Below the pieces are notes generated by a model. The model was not told the DNA's origin. It made no database searches and saw only the letters and a program-made list of their open reading frames with translations. A stretch of 64,000 bases of DNA. Origin: Candidatus Spechtbacterales bacterium. GTDB taxonomy: Bacteria > Patescibacteriota > Minisyncoccia > Spechtbacterales > 2-12-FULL-38-22. The translations under genes were made by a program, and so were the position numbers. Where the stretch lies: contig JBBDKX010000036.1 in NCBI GenBank assembly GCA_040879145.1, forward strand, positions 434 to 64,433, written 5' to 3'. Shown piece by piece: positions 9,167-17,224 of the stretch (position 1 is its first letter; the number at the start of each line of letters is the position of its first letter).

Positions 9167-10161
9167 TATATTTTTATTTCCTTAATTTCTAATTTTCCAA
9201 ATTTATCAGTAGAGTCGTTCTTTTTAAGAATTCCATTATTTGCCCCCCACTCGCCGACTACTCCGGTAGCATTGGTACTTCCCGCTTGTATGGCTTCGAG
9301 TATACTTTGTCCGCGCATTATAACACTTGTAAACCCGGAGCCAAAAGCATCCCCCGCACCTGTTCTGTCTTTAAACACAGGCTCTTTTAACGCTGGGGCT
9401 TCCCACTTTGTTTTTCCATCAGACACAGCCACACCTCCGGATCCTTTAGTCATAACAGCAATACCTTTAACCCAGCTGTCTAATTTTTCAAATACTTTGT
9501 GTTCATCTTTGTAATCTTCTCCTGTTAAATGCGCGGCCTCTTCCTGGTTTACAAACAAAATATCAACCTTATCAAGTAAAGGAATTAAAGACTCTCCCGA
9601 CTCAAGCTGTGTAGAGCCCGGATTCAATGCTATCTTAACTCCTTTTTCATGGGCTGTTGTTACCAACTCTTCAAATATCTCGGAGCTATCTCCTCCCATG
9701 TGGGTCACATATATCCATTTGGTACTTTGGAGCAAATTAAAATTAAACTCACTTTTTGGAAAATGTGCCGAAGCGCCCCTGTAAACAAAGATGCTTCGTT
9801 CTCCCGAAGTTGAGTGCACAATAACCGAATAGGCAGTTTTGTATTCATCACTGCCTATTATATGCTTTGTCTCAACTCCGGCCTTTTTAAGCTGTTCTTT
9901 AATGGTATTTCCTTCGGAATCATTTCCTGTTTTAGAAACCAGCGCAGCATTAAACCCCTGATTGGCAAAAGTAACTGCGGCGTTAACAGCACTGCCTCCG
10001 GTAGTAAGGTAAATGTTATCTATTTCTACTTTAGAGCCAGCAGGAATACAAACACCTTCCCCTGTTGAAAAATGTTCACTCTTTAAGGTGGTTAAAGCGC
10101 CGCTTTCAAGAAAAACGTCGCGTGTTGCGGAACCAATTGTTATAACATCAAATTTTGACAT
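9166..10161 (-). CDS. PfkB/ribokinase-family carbohydrate kinase (possibly a 6-phosphofructokinase-like role, given context)
   Basis: DRTGAGDAF anion-hole motif and a GG dipeptide region typical of the PfkB family. Confidence 0.8.
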   Translation of the reverse strand: MSKFDVITIGSATRDVFLESGALTTLKSEHFSTGEGVCIPAGSKVEIDNIYLTTGGSAVNAAVTFANQGFNAALVSKTGNDSEGNTIKEQLKKAGVETKHIIGSDEYKTAYSVIVHSTSGERSIFVYRGASAHFPKSEFNFNLLQSTKWIYVTHMGGDSSEIFEELVTTAHEKGVKIALNPGSTQLESGESLIPLLDKVDILFVNQEEAAHLTGEDYKDEHKVFEKLDSWVKGIAVMTKGSGGVAVSDGKTKWEAPALKEPVFKDRTGAGDAFGSGFTSVIMRGQSILEAIQAGSTNATGVVGEWGANNGILKKNDSTDKFGKLEIKEIKI

Positions 10162-10209
10162 ACTTATATTTTAACACAAAGTCAAAATATAAGAAAAAAC
10201 AACTATGTA

Positions 10210-11883
10210 CTATATTCTCTCTGCAAGATCGCGTGATACCTGCTCTAAAATAGCGCCGCTCATGTTAATAGCATCTTCAAAATTATTCACAACTCCGTCT
10301 AATTGAGCTTCGTAGACCTCATTTAGAATTTTCCCAAATTGGTGTCCCGGTTTCGCATTAAAGTGCTCTATTAAATGCCTTCCTTTAATTAGCGGGTCTG
10401 GTTTTTCATGTCCCACATTAAGTTCTTTAGCTCTTTGCAATAAAAAAACAGCGCCATCCTCACGCCATGCGTTAGTTGTTCCTCTGCCTTTAACATCTGC
10501 CTCCATCACCAAAACAAGCTCTTCAATACTTGCGGGTCCCAGCCGGCGAGCCAGGCGGTTAATAGTGGCGTCAGAAAGTTTTTTCTCCATAATATGCTCC
10601 TTGTTCATGGCCAAAAACATATGTTCCTGAATTAAAGGAAGCACGCGTGACTCTATCTCTTTGCCAAACTCCATTTTTGATAAAAATTTCTTTGCGGTTA
10701 AAACTCCCGCCTTCTCATGTCCGTGACTTATCCATCTTCCGTCTTTGTTTTCGGTAACATCCGGTTTGCCCACATCATGCAAAAGAGATGCAAGCATTAT
10801 TACAAGAGCATCATCTCCTTCCAATTTTTCTCTTGCTACTATGCTGGCGGCAACATCAGTCGTCATTTTTGTATGTATCCACACATCGCCTTCCGGATGC
10901 CACTCTTTTTCCTGCGGAGTACCCTCTAAAGCAGTAATTTGAGGGTGCAAAACTTTTAATGCGCCTGTTTGAAGCGCAACCTCCAACCCAACTGAAGGAC
11001 GCCTGCTTTTTAAAAGTAGTTTTTTCCACTCTTCTGTTATTCTTGCTGTGGGTAATTCTTTAAACTCATCTTCTTTGGTTATTTGTCGACACAGTTTAAG
11101 TGTTTCATCATTAACTTTAAATCCAAAACGAGCAGCAAATTGCGCCACACGCAAAACACGCAGAGGGTCGTCAATAAATGTTTTTGGATCTGTAGCGCGC
11201 AACACTCCTTTCGCAAGATCTTTGTGTCCGCCAAAACTATCTATTATTTCTCCTGTAAGCGGGTCCTGCGCAAGTGAATTTATTGTAAGGTCGCGCCTGC
11301 GCGCGGCCTCTTTTGGAGTAAGTCCGGGGTCGCCCTTTATTTCAAAACCCCTGTGCCCGTTTCCGTTTTTTGATTCGGTTCTTGGAATTGATATATCAAA
11401 TTCATCTTCGCCAAATTTTGCTTTTATAACACCAAAAGACCGACCCACAGTATCCATATGATCGGGGTTAATTTTTTCTAATATGCTCTCTATTTTGGAA
11501 AGTTCAACGCCGTATATTTCAATATCATAATCCTTACACTCTCTACCTAACAGCGCGTCTCTGACACCGCCACCCACCAAAAGAGCTCTCCCTCCTACCT
11601 GTTTTATTTCTTTTGCTAAACCTATAGCGGGCGTGGGAATATCTATAATACGCTCACCTTTCGCGGTAATTTTTTTCCACACACCTCCCCTTGCCTCAAA
11701 TACCCCAACCGGCCTCTCTTTCTCAAATACTTCCCTCATATCACCTTTATACGTAGCGAAAACAACCTGTCCGTTAACAGGGTCTATTAATTGCGTAATT
11801 GTAACACGCGTGCCTTTTGGCTGCCTTGCGCGCATTGTCAAAAACGGAGGTATGCTTTTGTAGATAGTTGGTTTACAAGTCAT
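10210..11883 (-). CDS. cca: CCA-adding tRNA nucleotidyltransferase with an HD domain and an ~85-aa N-terminal extension
   Basis: LLVGGGVRDALLG..DYDIE head motif, and a HD..HDVGK phosphohydrolase region. Confidence 0.85.
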   Translation of the reverse strand: MTCKPTIYKSIPPFLTMRARQPKGTRVTITQLIDPVNGQVVFATYKGDMREVFEKERPVGVFEARGGVWKKITAKGERIIDIPTPAIGLAKEIKQVGGRALLVGGGVRDALLGRECKDYDIEIYGVELSKIESILEKINPDHMDTVGRSFGVIKAKFGEDEFDISIPRTESKNGNGHRGFEIKGDPGLTPKEAARRRDLTINSLAQDPLTGEIIDSFGGHKDLAKGVLRATDPKTFIDDPLRVLRVAQFAARFGFKVNDETLKLCRQITKEDEFKELPTARITEEWKKLLLKSRRPSVGLEVALQTGALKVLHPQITALEGTPQEKEWHPEGDVWIHTKMTTDVAASIVAREKLEGDDALVIMLASLLHDVGKPDVTENKDGRWISHGHEKAGVLTAKKFLSKMEFGKEIESRVLPLIQEHMFLAMNKEHIMEKKLSDATINRLARRLGPASIEELVLVMEADVKGRGTTNAWREDGAVFLLQRAKELNVGHEKPDPLIKGRHLIEHFNAKPGHQFGKILNEVYEAQLDGVVNNFEDAINMSGAILEQVSRDLAERI

Positions 11884-11898
11884 GCTTTTTAAACTTAC

Positions 11899-11926
11899 TT
11901 AGCACCCTCTGAGGGTGCTAAGTAAG
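11899..11926. repeat. 28-bp hairpin-forming repeat (ttagcaccctctgagggtgctaag), left copy
   Basis: Near-palindrome; a second copy at 12503-12530 brackets the tRNA-like/ZnF segment. Confidence 0.7.
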
Positions 11927-12037
11927 ACAGAAATTATCCTCACCTGAGTCTCCACTGGGCATTGCCCATGGAGAGAGTGGAAACTCAGGTGAGGACAGGA
12001 GACAACACGATTAAACGTGTTGTCTCCTGTGTTGTCT

Positions 12038-12274
12038 TCAGTGCGAAAACGCGCTGAAGACGGACCGCAGAAACCTCTTCTTTTGGGGCTTCTCGGTCGG
12101 AGTGGGGGCAGTGGTGGAGGTGGAAACCGCAGCTGTCTTGTTGCGATTCTCCGCATTGCGCCGACGCTCGTTGCGACTGCCGCGGGTAACTCCACCACGG
12201 TCGTGATACACGGAATGAGTCTCCGCATATCGATTTGGAACGCGCTTCCCACATCCGGAAACATTGCACTTCAT
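12038..12274 (-). CDS. small Arg-rich protein with an N-terminal C2H2-like zinc finger (C3,C8,H20,H24)
   Basis: MKCNVSGCGKRVPNRYAETHSVYH (C-x4-C-x11-H-x3-H), preceded by the strong RBS aaggaggagcaaATG; lies within the GC-rich island. Confidence 0.4.
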   Translation of the reverse strand: MKCNVSGCGKRVPNRYAETHSVYHDRGGVTRGSRNERRRNAENRNKTAAVSTSTTAPTPTEKPQKKRFLRSVFSAFSH

Positions 12275-12344
12275 TTGCTCCTCCTTAAGGTACGTTTGAG
12301 GGACTTTCCCTCATATAAAAGCAAGTTTTTGATGCTTTTATTCG

Positions 12345-12420
12345 TGGCTGAACCGGGATTCGAACCCGGTATACTTTACCGCTTGAGGCGGAGTTTTCCA
12401 CACGTTGCCGTGCTCAGCCA
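12345..12420 (-). ncRNA. tRNA-like element (perfect 7-bp acceptor stem, perfect T-arm GGTTCGAATCC, degenerate D/anticodon arms; anticodon loop reads CCUCAAG, i.e. UCA)
   Basis: Reverse complement GGCTGAG...CCGGGTTCGAATCCCGGTTCAGCCA; a possible pseudo-tRNA or att-site remnant. Confidence 0.35.
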
Positions 12421-12502
12421 TGCGAGAGGCAGTTTACGACTTGCCCAGGTCGAAATATGCTACATGCCGTTCCTCCTTAGAAAACCTGCTCCTATGAACC
12501 CC

Positions 12503-12530
12503 TAGCACCCTCTGAGGGTGCTAAGAGTTC
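12503..12530. repeat. 28-bp hairpin-forming repeat, right copy (cctagcaccctctgagggtgctaaga)
   Basis: Same palindrome as at 11899-11926. Confidence 0.7.
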
Positions 12531-12573
12531 TTTTCGTGGAACGTGTTACCCTACCGACCTAGGGTTCGCCAAA

Positions 12574-12987
12574 TCAAATCATTGAATTGGCGTGCACCAT
12601 CCAGTTACGGATGGCTTGACCTGTCTGGGCCTCGTAGAAGCCCAGATGGCGGAAGACCGAGATCTTCCGACTCTCTCCCGTCTCGGGATCGGTCTCTTCG
12701 ACCGACTCCCGGCGGGAGAAGGCATACAGGACCTGTATGCTGTATGCCGCCAGCTCGTACTCGAGCTGCGGCATCAGGAAGGGCGCTCCGCCGATCATAA
12801 CGGCTTCGACACCTTCCTCTCGAGCGAGTGCGGCAAGCACCCTCGCTCGCTTTGACACCTCATCGGGTGTCGGTAGCTCCTCAAAAGTGAGAAGCTTCTG
12901 TACGAGCTCCTTGTTCTGGGGCTCATACGCCCCCGCCTCCACCTGCTCAGGCGAGGCGGCGTGCTGGGTTAAATTGAGGATGAACAT
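12574..12987 (-). CDS. hypothetical protein (137 aa) in the GC-rich island
   Basis: RBS ggagaaaggaaacaagATG; MFILNLTQHAASPEQ...VMIGGAPFLMP; the track ORF was trimmed to the RBS-supported Met. Confidence 0.5.
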   Translation of the reverse strand: MFILNLTQHAASPEQVEAGAYEPQNKELVQKLLTFEELPTPDEVSKRARVLAALAREEGVEAVMIGGAPFLMPQLEYELAAYSIQVLYAFSRRESVEETDPETGESRKISVFRHLGFYEAQTGQAIRNWMVHANSMI

Positions 12988-13024
12988 CTTGTTTCCTTTC
13001 TCCGTCCCGGGCATTTGCCTAGAA

Positions 13025-13219
13025 TCAGAACTTGAACCTTCTAGGAGCTTTGATTTCAACAACCATGCGAAGTGCACCAAGCACTCCGGCGATGGCCACG
13101 AAAACGGAAAGGTGCTTTAACATCCACGGGCATACAAATTTCAGAGACACGTACATAGCGCCTCCTGAAACTGCCGCTCCGGCGATGGCCACACCAACAA
13201 CGAACAATATGTTCTTCAT
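13025..13219 (-). CDS. small two-helix membrane protein (64 aa)
   Basis: Strong RBS aaaggaggaaataATG; hydrophobic AIAGAAVSGGA and VFVAIAGVLGAL segments. Confidence 0.45.
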   Translation of the reverse strand: MKNILFVVGVAIAGAAVSGGAMYVSLKFVCPWMLKHLSVFVAIAGVLGALRMVVEIKAPRRFKF

Positions 13220-13547
13220 TATTTCCTCCTTTAGGAAATTTTCTCCCGCTTACTCGTTATTCAGCGGAAAGTTTAAAGAGCTACGATGTTTGTTTAAACA
13301 CCGGGAATGAGTACTTCAACGCGCTGTGCTTGCTCAGTATAAAATATGCAACATTTACTTTTATCCTGAGTTTACCGAAGGACTCCTTCTCGAAGTTTAA
13401 TAAAAAGAACTCTTACGGGAAGAGTTCTTTTTATTATTGCCTCACTCCAGCCGAAGCCAGGGTGGGTAATAGTTGCGAATAAATCGCAGCGCTGTGATTT
13501 AAAACTCTCTCCAAAGTTTTATTCTATTTTAAAGGTGAGTTTGTTTA

Positions 13548-14030
13548 AAAACTCATAATGAGAGGGACAAGCCTTTATAAAATATATTTGCCTCCCTCTC
13601 CTTATAAATTTTTAAACTGATTTTAAGAACTCAGAATGAGAGGGCAAAGCGTGTTGTATAACTTTTTGCCTCCCTCTCCTTCCGAATGCTTAAACCTATT
13701 GTTCACTATTTACTGCTAACTGATTTTGTGAGGTACTGATAGCGAGAGAGTCAAGGTATGTAGTATTACTTTTGACCTACTCTCTCCCTATCAATATCTC
13801 AATTTTTACTTTTCATTCTATATTTACATTATAACATGCTTTAAATTATTTGTCAAGGGTTTTTAGTGATTTTGTAAAAATTTATGACAAAAAACTTTTT
13901 TCACTTTCCTTTAAGAACATCGCCATTATATCATACAACAAAAAATCTGTCAACCCCAATCGACAAAAAATTTAAATTTTTGTGAGGGGTTAAAAGCTTT
14001 TTTGACATTATTTTACCACCCCTCTCCTTT
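13548..14030. repeat. array of about 4 imperfect hairpin repeat units (gagaggga...tccctctcc core) in a ~1-kb non-coding AT-rich region
   Basis: Units at ~13548-13610, 13627-13690, 13738-13800 and 13982-14030; the first two are tandem with a ~78-bp period. Confidence 0.5.
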
Positions 14031-14087
14031 TTCCAGTAAACGGCAAAATAAAAAAACTGCCTATCGGCAATTTAAAATTTATCTAAA

Positions 14088-14286
14088 GGATTTCTGGTAT
14101 TAATTTTATTCCGTCGTAAGCGGGAATGAGAGAGCTTTGTGCAAATACCCGAAGCGAGTAGAAAAACGGCTCTGCCGCGAGGCCTATCCCGAAGGGTAGC
14201 TGGCGTTTTTCGTAAACGAGCGAGGTTGTCCCGCATTTCTTGAAGCGAACGAATGGCAGCGTGGAATAAAATTATACCAGAAATCC
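14088..14286. ncRNA. structured element with ends pairing (24-bp terminal inverted repeat) around a GC-rich core; copy 1 of 2
   Basis: Shares the core ttttattccgtcgtaagc...gggaatgagRgagctttgtgcaaatacccgaagc...gcgaacgaatggcagc..gtggaataaaat with 57396-57652; the outer stems differ but stay complementary in each copy. Confidence 0.4.
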
Positions 14287-14287
14287 T

Positions 14288-15307
14288 TTACTTCTTTTTT
14301 CTACCTATCACCATTTTAGATCGTTTTACTATATGCTCAACATCCATTTCAAAAACCCCAAAAAGCTCATCCGGTTCGCCACTCTCTCCAAACCTGTCCC
14401 TCGTTCCTATAAACTCCTGGGGCACAGGATAATGCTGGCTTAAATATTCACTTACCGCCGAACCCATGCCTCCTAAAATATTATGCTCTTCCGCTGTTAC
14501 TATAGCTCCTGTTTTTCTAACAGACGCCTCAATGGTCTCACCATCCAACGGCTTTATTGTATGACTGTTTATAACTTCCGCCTTGATCCCCTCCTCCTCT
14601 AATTCTTTAGCAGCTAATAGGGCTTTATAAACTAAAGGCCCGCATGCAACGATAGTTACATCTTTGCCTTCTGTAATTACATATGCCTTGCCTACCTCAA
14701 ACGGAGTTTTTTCTGTAGTGAACACAGCATAATTCGCGCGTCCAAGGCGCAGATAAGCAGGGCCGGGGCGTTCTGCCAGTTCCATGGTCGCTCTCTTTGC
14801 TTCATGTACATCCGCGGGAGCCACAACTGTCATACCCGGATGTGTCCTCATTAAAGCAATGTCTTCAAGCGCCTGATGTGTCGCGCCGTCAGGGCCTACA
14901 GAAATTCCCGCGTGAGAGCCCACAACTTTTACATTTATTTCTTTACTCTCTTCAGCTCCCCAGCTATTATAACTTATTGTTGTCCGTATCTGCTCATTGT
15001 TGCGCCCGGGAGAAAACACGGCATAAGACGACATAAAAACAATCTTTCCCGCGGCTGCCATTCCACTGGCAATAGTAGCGAGATTTTGTTCCGCCACTCC
15101 AAGCTCTACAAATCTTTCGGGGAATTTTTCGGCGAAAAAATGAGTGTTTGTGCTTTCTGTAAGATCGGCGCACAAAGCAACGATTTTCTCGTTTTTCTCC
15201 CCAGCTTCAAGCAGACCCTTTCCATAGCCGGCACGGGTTTTAGCCTTTTCTATTTTATCCACATCAAAAAGATTTGATACTAATTTTAGCTTTTTATTTA
15301 TTTTCAT
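14288..15307 (-). CDS. tkt: transketolase, C-terminal (pyrimidine-binding / C-terminal domain) subunit of a split enzyme
   Basis: Tkt central/C-terminal domain sequence; pairs with the N-terminal subunit just upstream. Confidence 0.88.
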   Translation of the reverse strand: MKINKKLKLVSNLFDVDKIEKAKTRAGYGKGLLEAGEKNEKIVALCADLTESTNTHFFAEKFPERFVELGVAEQNLATIASGMAAAGKIVFMSSYAVFSPGRNNEQIRTTISYNSWGAEESKEINVKVVGSHAGISVGPDGATHQALEDIALMRTHPGMTVVAPADVHEAKRATMELAERPGPAYLRLGRANYAVFTTEKTPFEVGKAYVITEGKDVTIVACGPLVYKALLAAKELEEEGIKAEVINSHTIKPLDGETIEASVRKTGAIVTAEEHNILGGMGSAVSEYLSQHYPVPQEFIGTRDRFGESGEPDELFGVFEMDVEHIVKRSKMVIGRKKK

Positions 15308-15509
15308 GATTTTGCTTATAAAATATACAATAGCAGAACATTAATAATTTGAGTGCAATTCTAGGCGCGGCTGGATGTTGAGGATAGCGAGCGAAAAGAA
15401 AGCTTGCTTTCTTTTCCGAGCGACGCAGACAATGCTTTGGAACACAGCGGAATTTGCATAATGGCAAATGAAGCGAGTACCGCAGGCCGCAACAACGAAA
15501 TGTGCCAAA

Positions 15510-16379
15510 TTATTGGTGTTCGCTTTCAATTTTACCTCCTAATGTGCGTAGGTCTTCTAAAGCTTCCTTCAATTCTTCCTTCGTTCCCGGAGGCTTGCCG
15601 TGCCACTCAAATTTATTCTCCATAAACTCAACTCCATATCCGGGAATTGTATTTGCAATTATCATAACAGGTTTCTCCTGTATAGCTTCGGCCTCGCGAC
15701 ATGCTTCCACAATATCAAGTATACTGTGGCCGTTTATCTCAATTACATGCCAACCGAAACTTTCGTATTTATGGTCCAAAGGTTCAAGTGGCATTATATC
15801 CTCTGTGTTGCCGTCTATTTGGATATTATTGCGATCCATAATCGCGGTTAAATTGCTTAGGTGGTATTTCGAGGCAAACATGGCACTTTCCCATGTATTA
15901 CCCGCATCCTGCTCTCCGTCGCTTACAAGGCAGTATGTTCGCCATGGTTTACCATCCATTTTTGCGGCGAGAGCCATTCCCGCCGCCTGTCCAAGACCGC
16001 TACCAAGCGGACCGCTTGTAGTTTCCAAACCAGGCAATGCTCCCCTGTGCGGGTGACCTTGCAAACGGGTGCCTAACTTGCGCAAAGTTTTAAGTTCTGT
16101 TCGTGGAAAATACCCCGCGTGTGCAAGAGTTACATACTGTACGGGGCAAATATGTCCATTGGAAAGTATAAGGCGATCTCTGTCTTCCCAGTCAGGGTTT
16201 TTAGAGTCATGGTCTAAAACATGAAAATACATGGCCGTAAAAACATCGGCCATGCCTAAAGGGCCGGCGCTGTGTCCGCTCCCTGCCTCAAAAAGCATCT
16301 CTAAAATGTCTTTTCTGATTGCATTGGCTTTTTTCTCCAAAGCCCTCTGTTTTTCTGAACTAATACTTAAAATCGGCAT
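15510..16379 (-). CDS. tkt: transketolase, N-terminal TPP-binding subunit
   Basis: GHSAGPLGMA...SNGH..DGEQDAGNTWE TPP-binding motifs. Confidence 0.88.
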   Translation of the reverse strand: MPILSISSEKQRALEKKANAIRKDILEMLFEAGSGHSAGPLGMADVFTAMYFHVLDHDSKNPDWEDRDRLILSNGHICPVQYVTLAHAGYFPRTELKTLRKLGTRLQGHPHRGALPGLETTSGPLGSGLGQAAGMALAAKMDGKPWRTYCLVSDGEQDAGNTWESAMFASKYHLSNLTAIMDRNNIQIDGNTEDIMPLEPLDHKYESFGWHVIEINGHSILDIVEACREAEAIQEKPVMIIANTIPGYGVEFMENKFEWHGKPPGTKEELKEALEDLRTLGGKIESEHQ

Positions 16380-16546
16380 AATTATTGTGTGGAGTGATTT
16401 TTAAATAAACGCCGTTGCAAACGCATACCCATAAAATGATTTTGTATTGTAAATTTATGCCACACTTTTGCTTCGCAGCGTTTGCAGTGGCAAAAATTTG
16501 CAATACAAAATCTATAAATAAAAAGAGTGGGGTGTTTATTTAAAAA

Positions 16547-17212
16547 TCACGAAACACTCTCTTGTAATTCTTCTATTGCCTTCTTCGGGTCGTTGCTGTT
16601 CCAGATGTATGAACCGCTCACTATCGCGTTCGCTCCCGCCTCAACCGCCTGTTTTGCGGTTTCGGGATTCATTCCCCCGTCTACCTCTATTGTAAGCTTT
16701 GGGTACTCTTGACGTAAAGTGGAAATCTTGACCAAACTTGCTTCCGCGTTAAAACTTCCTCCATAATATCCGAGACTTCCCGCAAAAATTAAAACAGCAT
16801 CTACATCATTTAAAAACTCGTCTAAAACAGTTATTGGTGTTTCGGGCAAAATAGCTATGCCCGCCTCTTTTCCCGCGTCTTTTATTTTTTTAATAATTTC
16901 GGCGTGTTGGGATGTAGCTTCGTAATGAAAGTAAATCCGCGCAACTCCCGAATCCTTTTCTTCAGAGTTCCCCGTTATCCAGGCATCTATTACATTTTCG
17001 GGTTCCGCCACCATTAAATGCGCTTCAATGAATACACCCGGGTCAATATCGTGCAAGGCAACAGGATCGCCCCAGGTTTTATTAGGCGCGAAATCGCCGT
17101 CAGCCGCATCCAAATGCATCCAGCCCACATAATTTTCAACAGCCCTTATTTTTTCCTCAACCTCTTTCTGAGTACGGACGGTTATCGAAGGTATTATTTC
17201 TATGTTTGTCAT
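16547..17212 (-). CDS. rpe: ribulose-phosphate 3-epimerase
   Basis: HLDAADGDFAPN..HLMV..IEVDGG..GSYIW pattern of Rpe. Confidence 0.85.
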   Translation of the reverse strand: MTNIEIIPSITVRTQKEVEEKIRAVENYVGWMHLDAADGDFAPNKTWGDPVALHDIDPGVFIEAHLMVAEPENVIDAWITGNSEEKDSGVARIYFHYEATSQHAEIIKKIKDAGKEAGIAILPETPITVLDEFLNDVDAVLIFAGSLGYYGGSFNAEASLVKISTLRQEYPKLTIEVDGGMNPETAKQAVEAGANAIVSGSYIWNSNDPKKAIEELQESVS

Positions 17213-17224
17213 AAGTTTCACTTG

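Noticed and set aside
12345-12420. Genome-wide UGA recoding implied by a UCA-anticodon tRNA-like element
   Set aside because: Long conserved genes (rpoB, rpoC, uvrA, ftsK) are intact under the standard code, and some genes terminate with TGA (for example at 12574).
11927-12502. RNase P RNA or tmRNA in the GC-rich segment (GGGAAAGTCC word; tRNA-like T-arm)
   Set aside because: GAGGGAAAGTCCCTC is a self-contained hairpin, not the P4 pseudoknot strand, and no ACAGAAcCCGGCUUA partner was found. No tag-peptide reading frame ending in a hydrophobic tail precedes the tRNA-like part.
12017-12505. 162-aa + strand ORF spanning the tRNA-like element
   Set aside because: It is an artefact of high GC. 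It overlaps better-supported minus-strand features and has no RBS.
13548-14030. Possible CRISPR array
   Set aside because: The repeats are imperfect hairpin units with irregular spacing, and no cas genes are nearby. A real CRISPR would need direct repeats of fixed length with unique spacers.
14100-14275. SRP RNA, suggested by the GUAGCUGGC word
   Set aside because: The conserved domain IV motif (GGAAGCAGCC with a GNAR tetraloop) is absent, and the similarity is limited to 9 nt.
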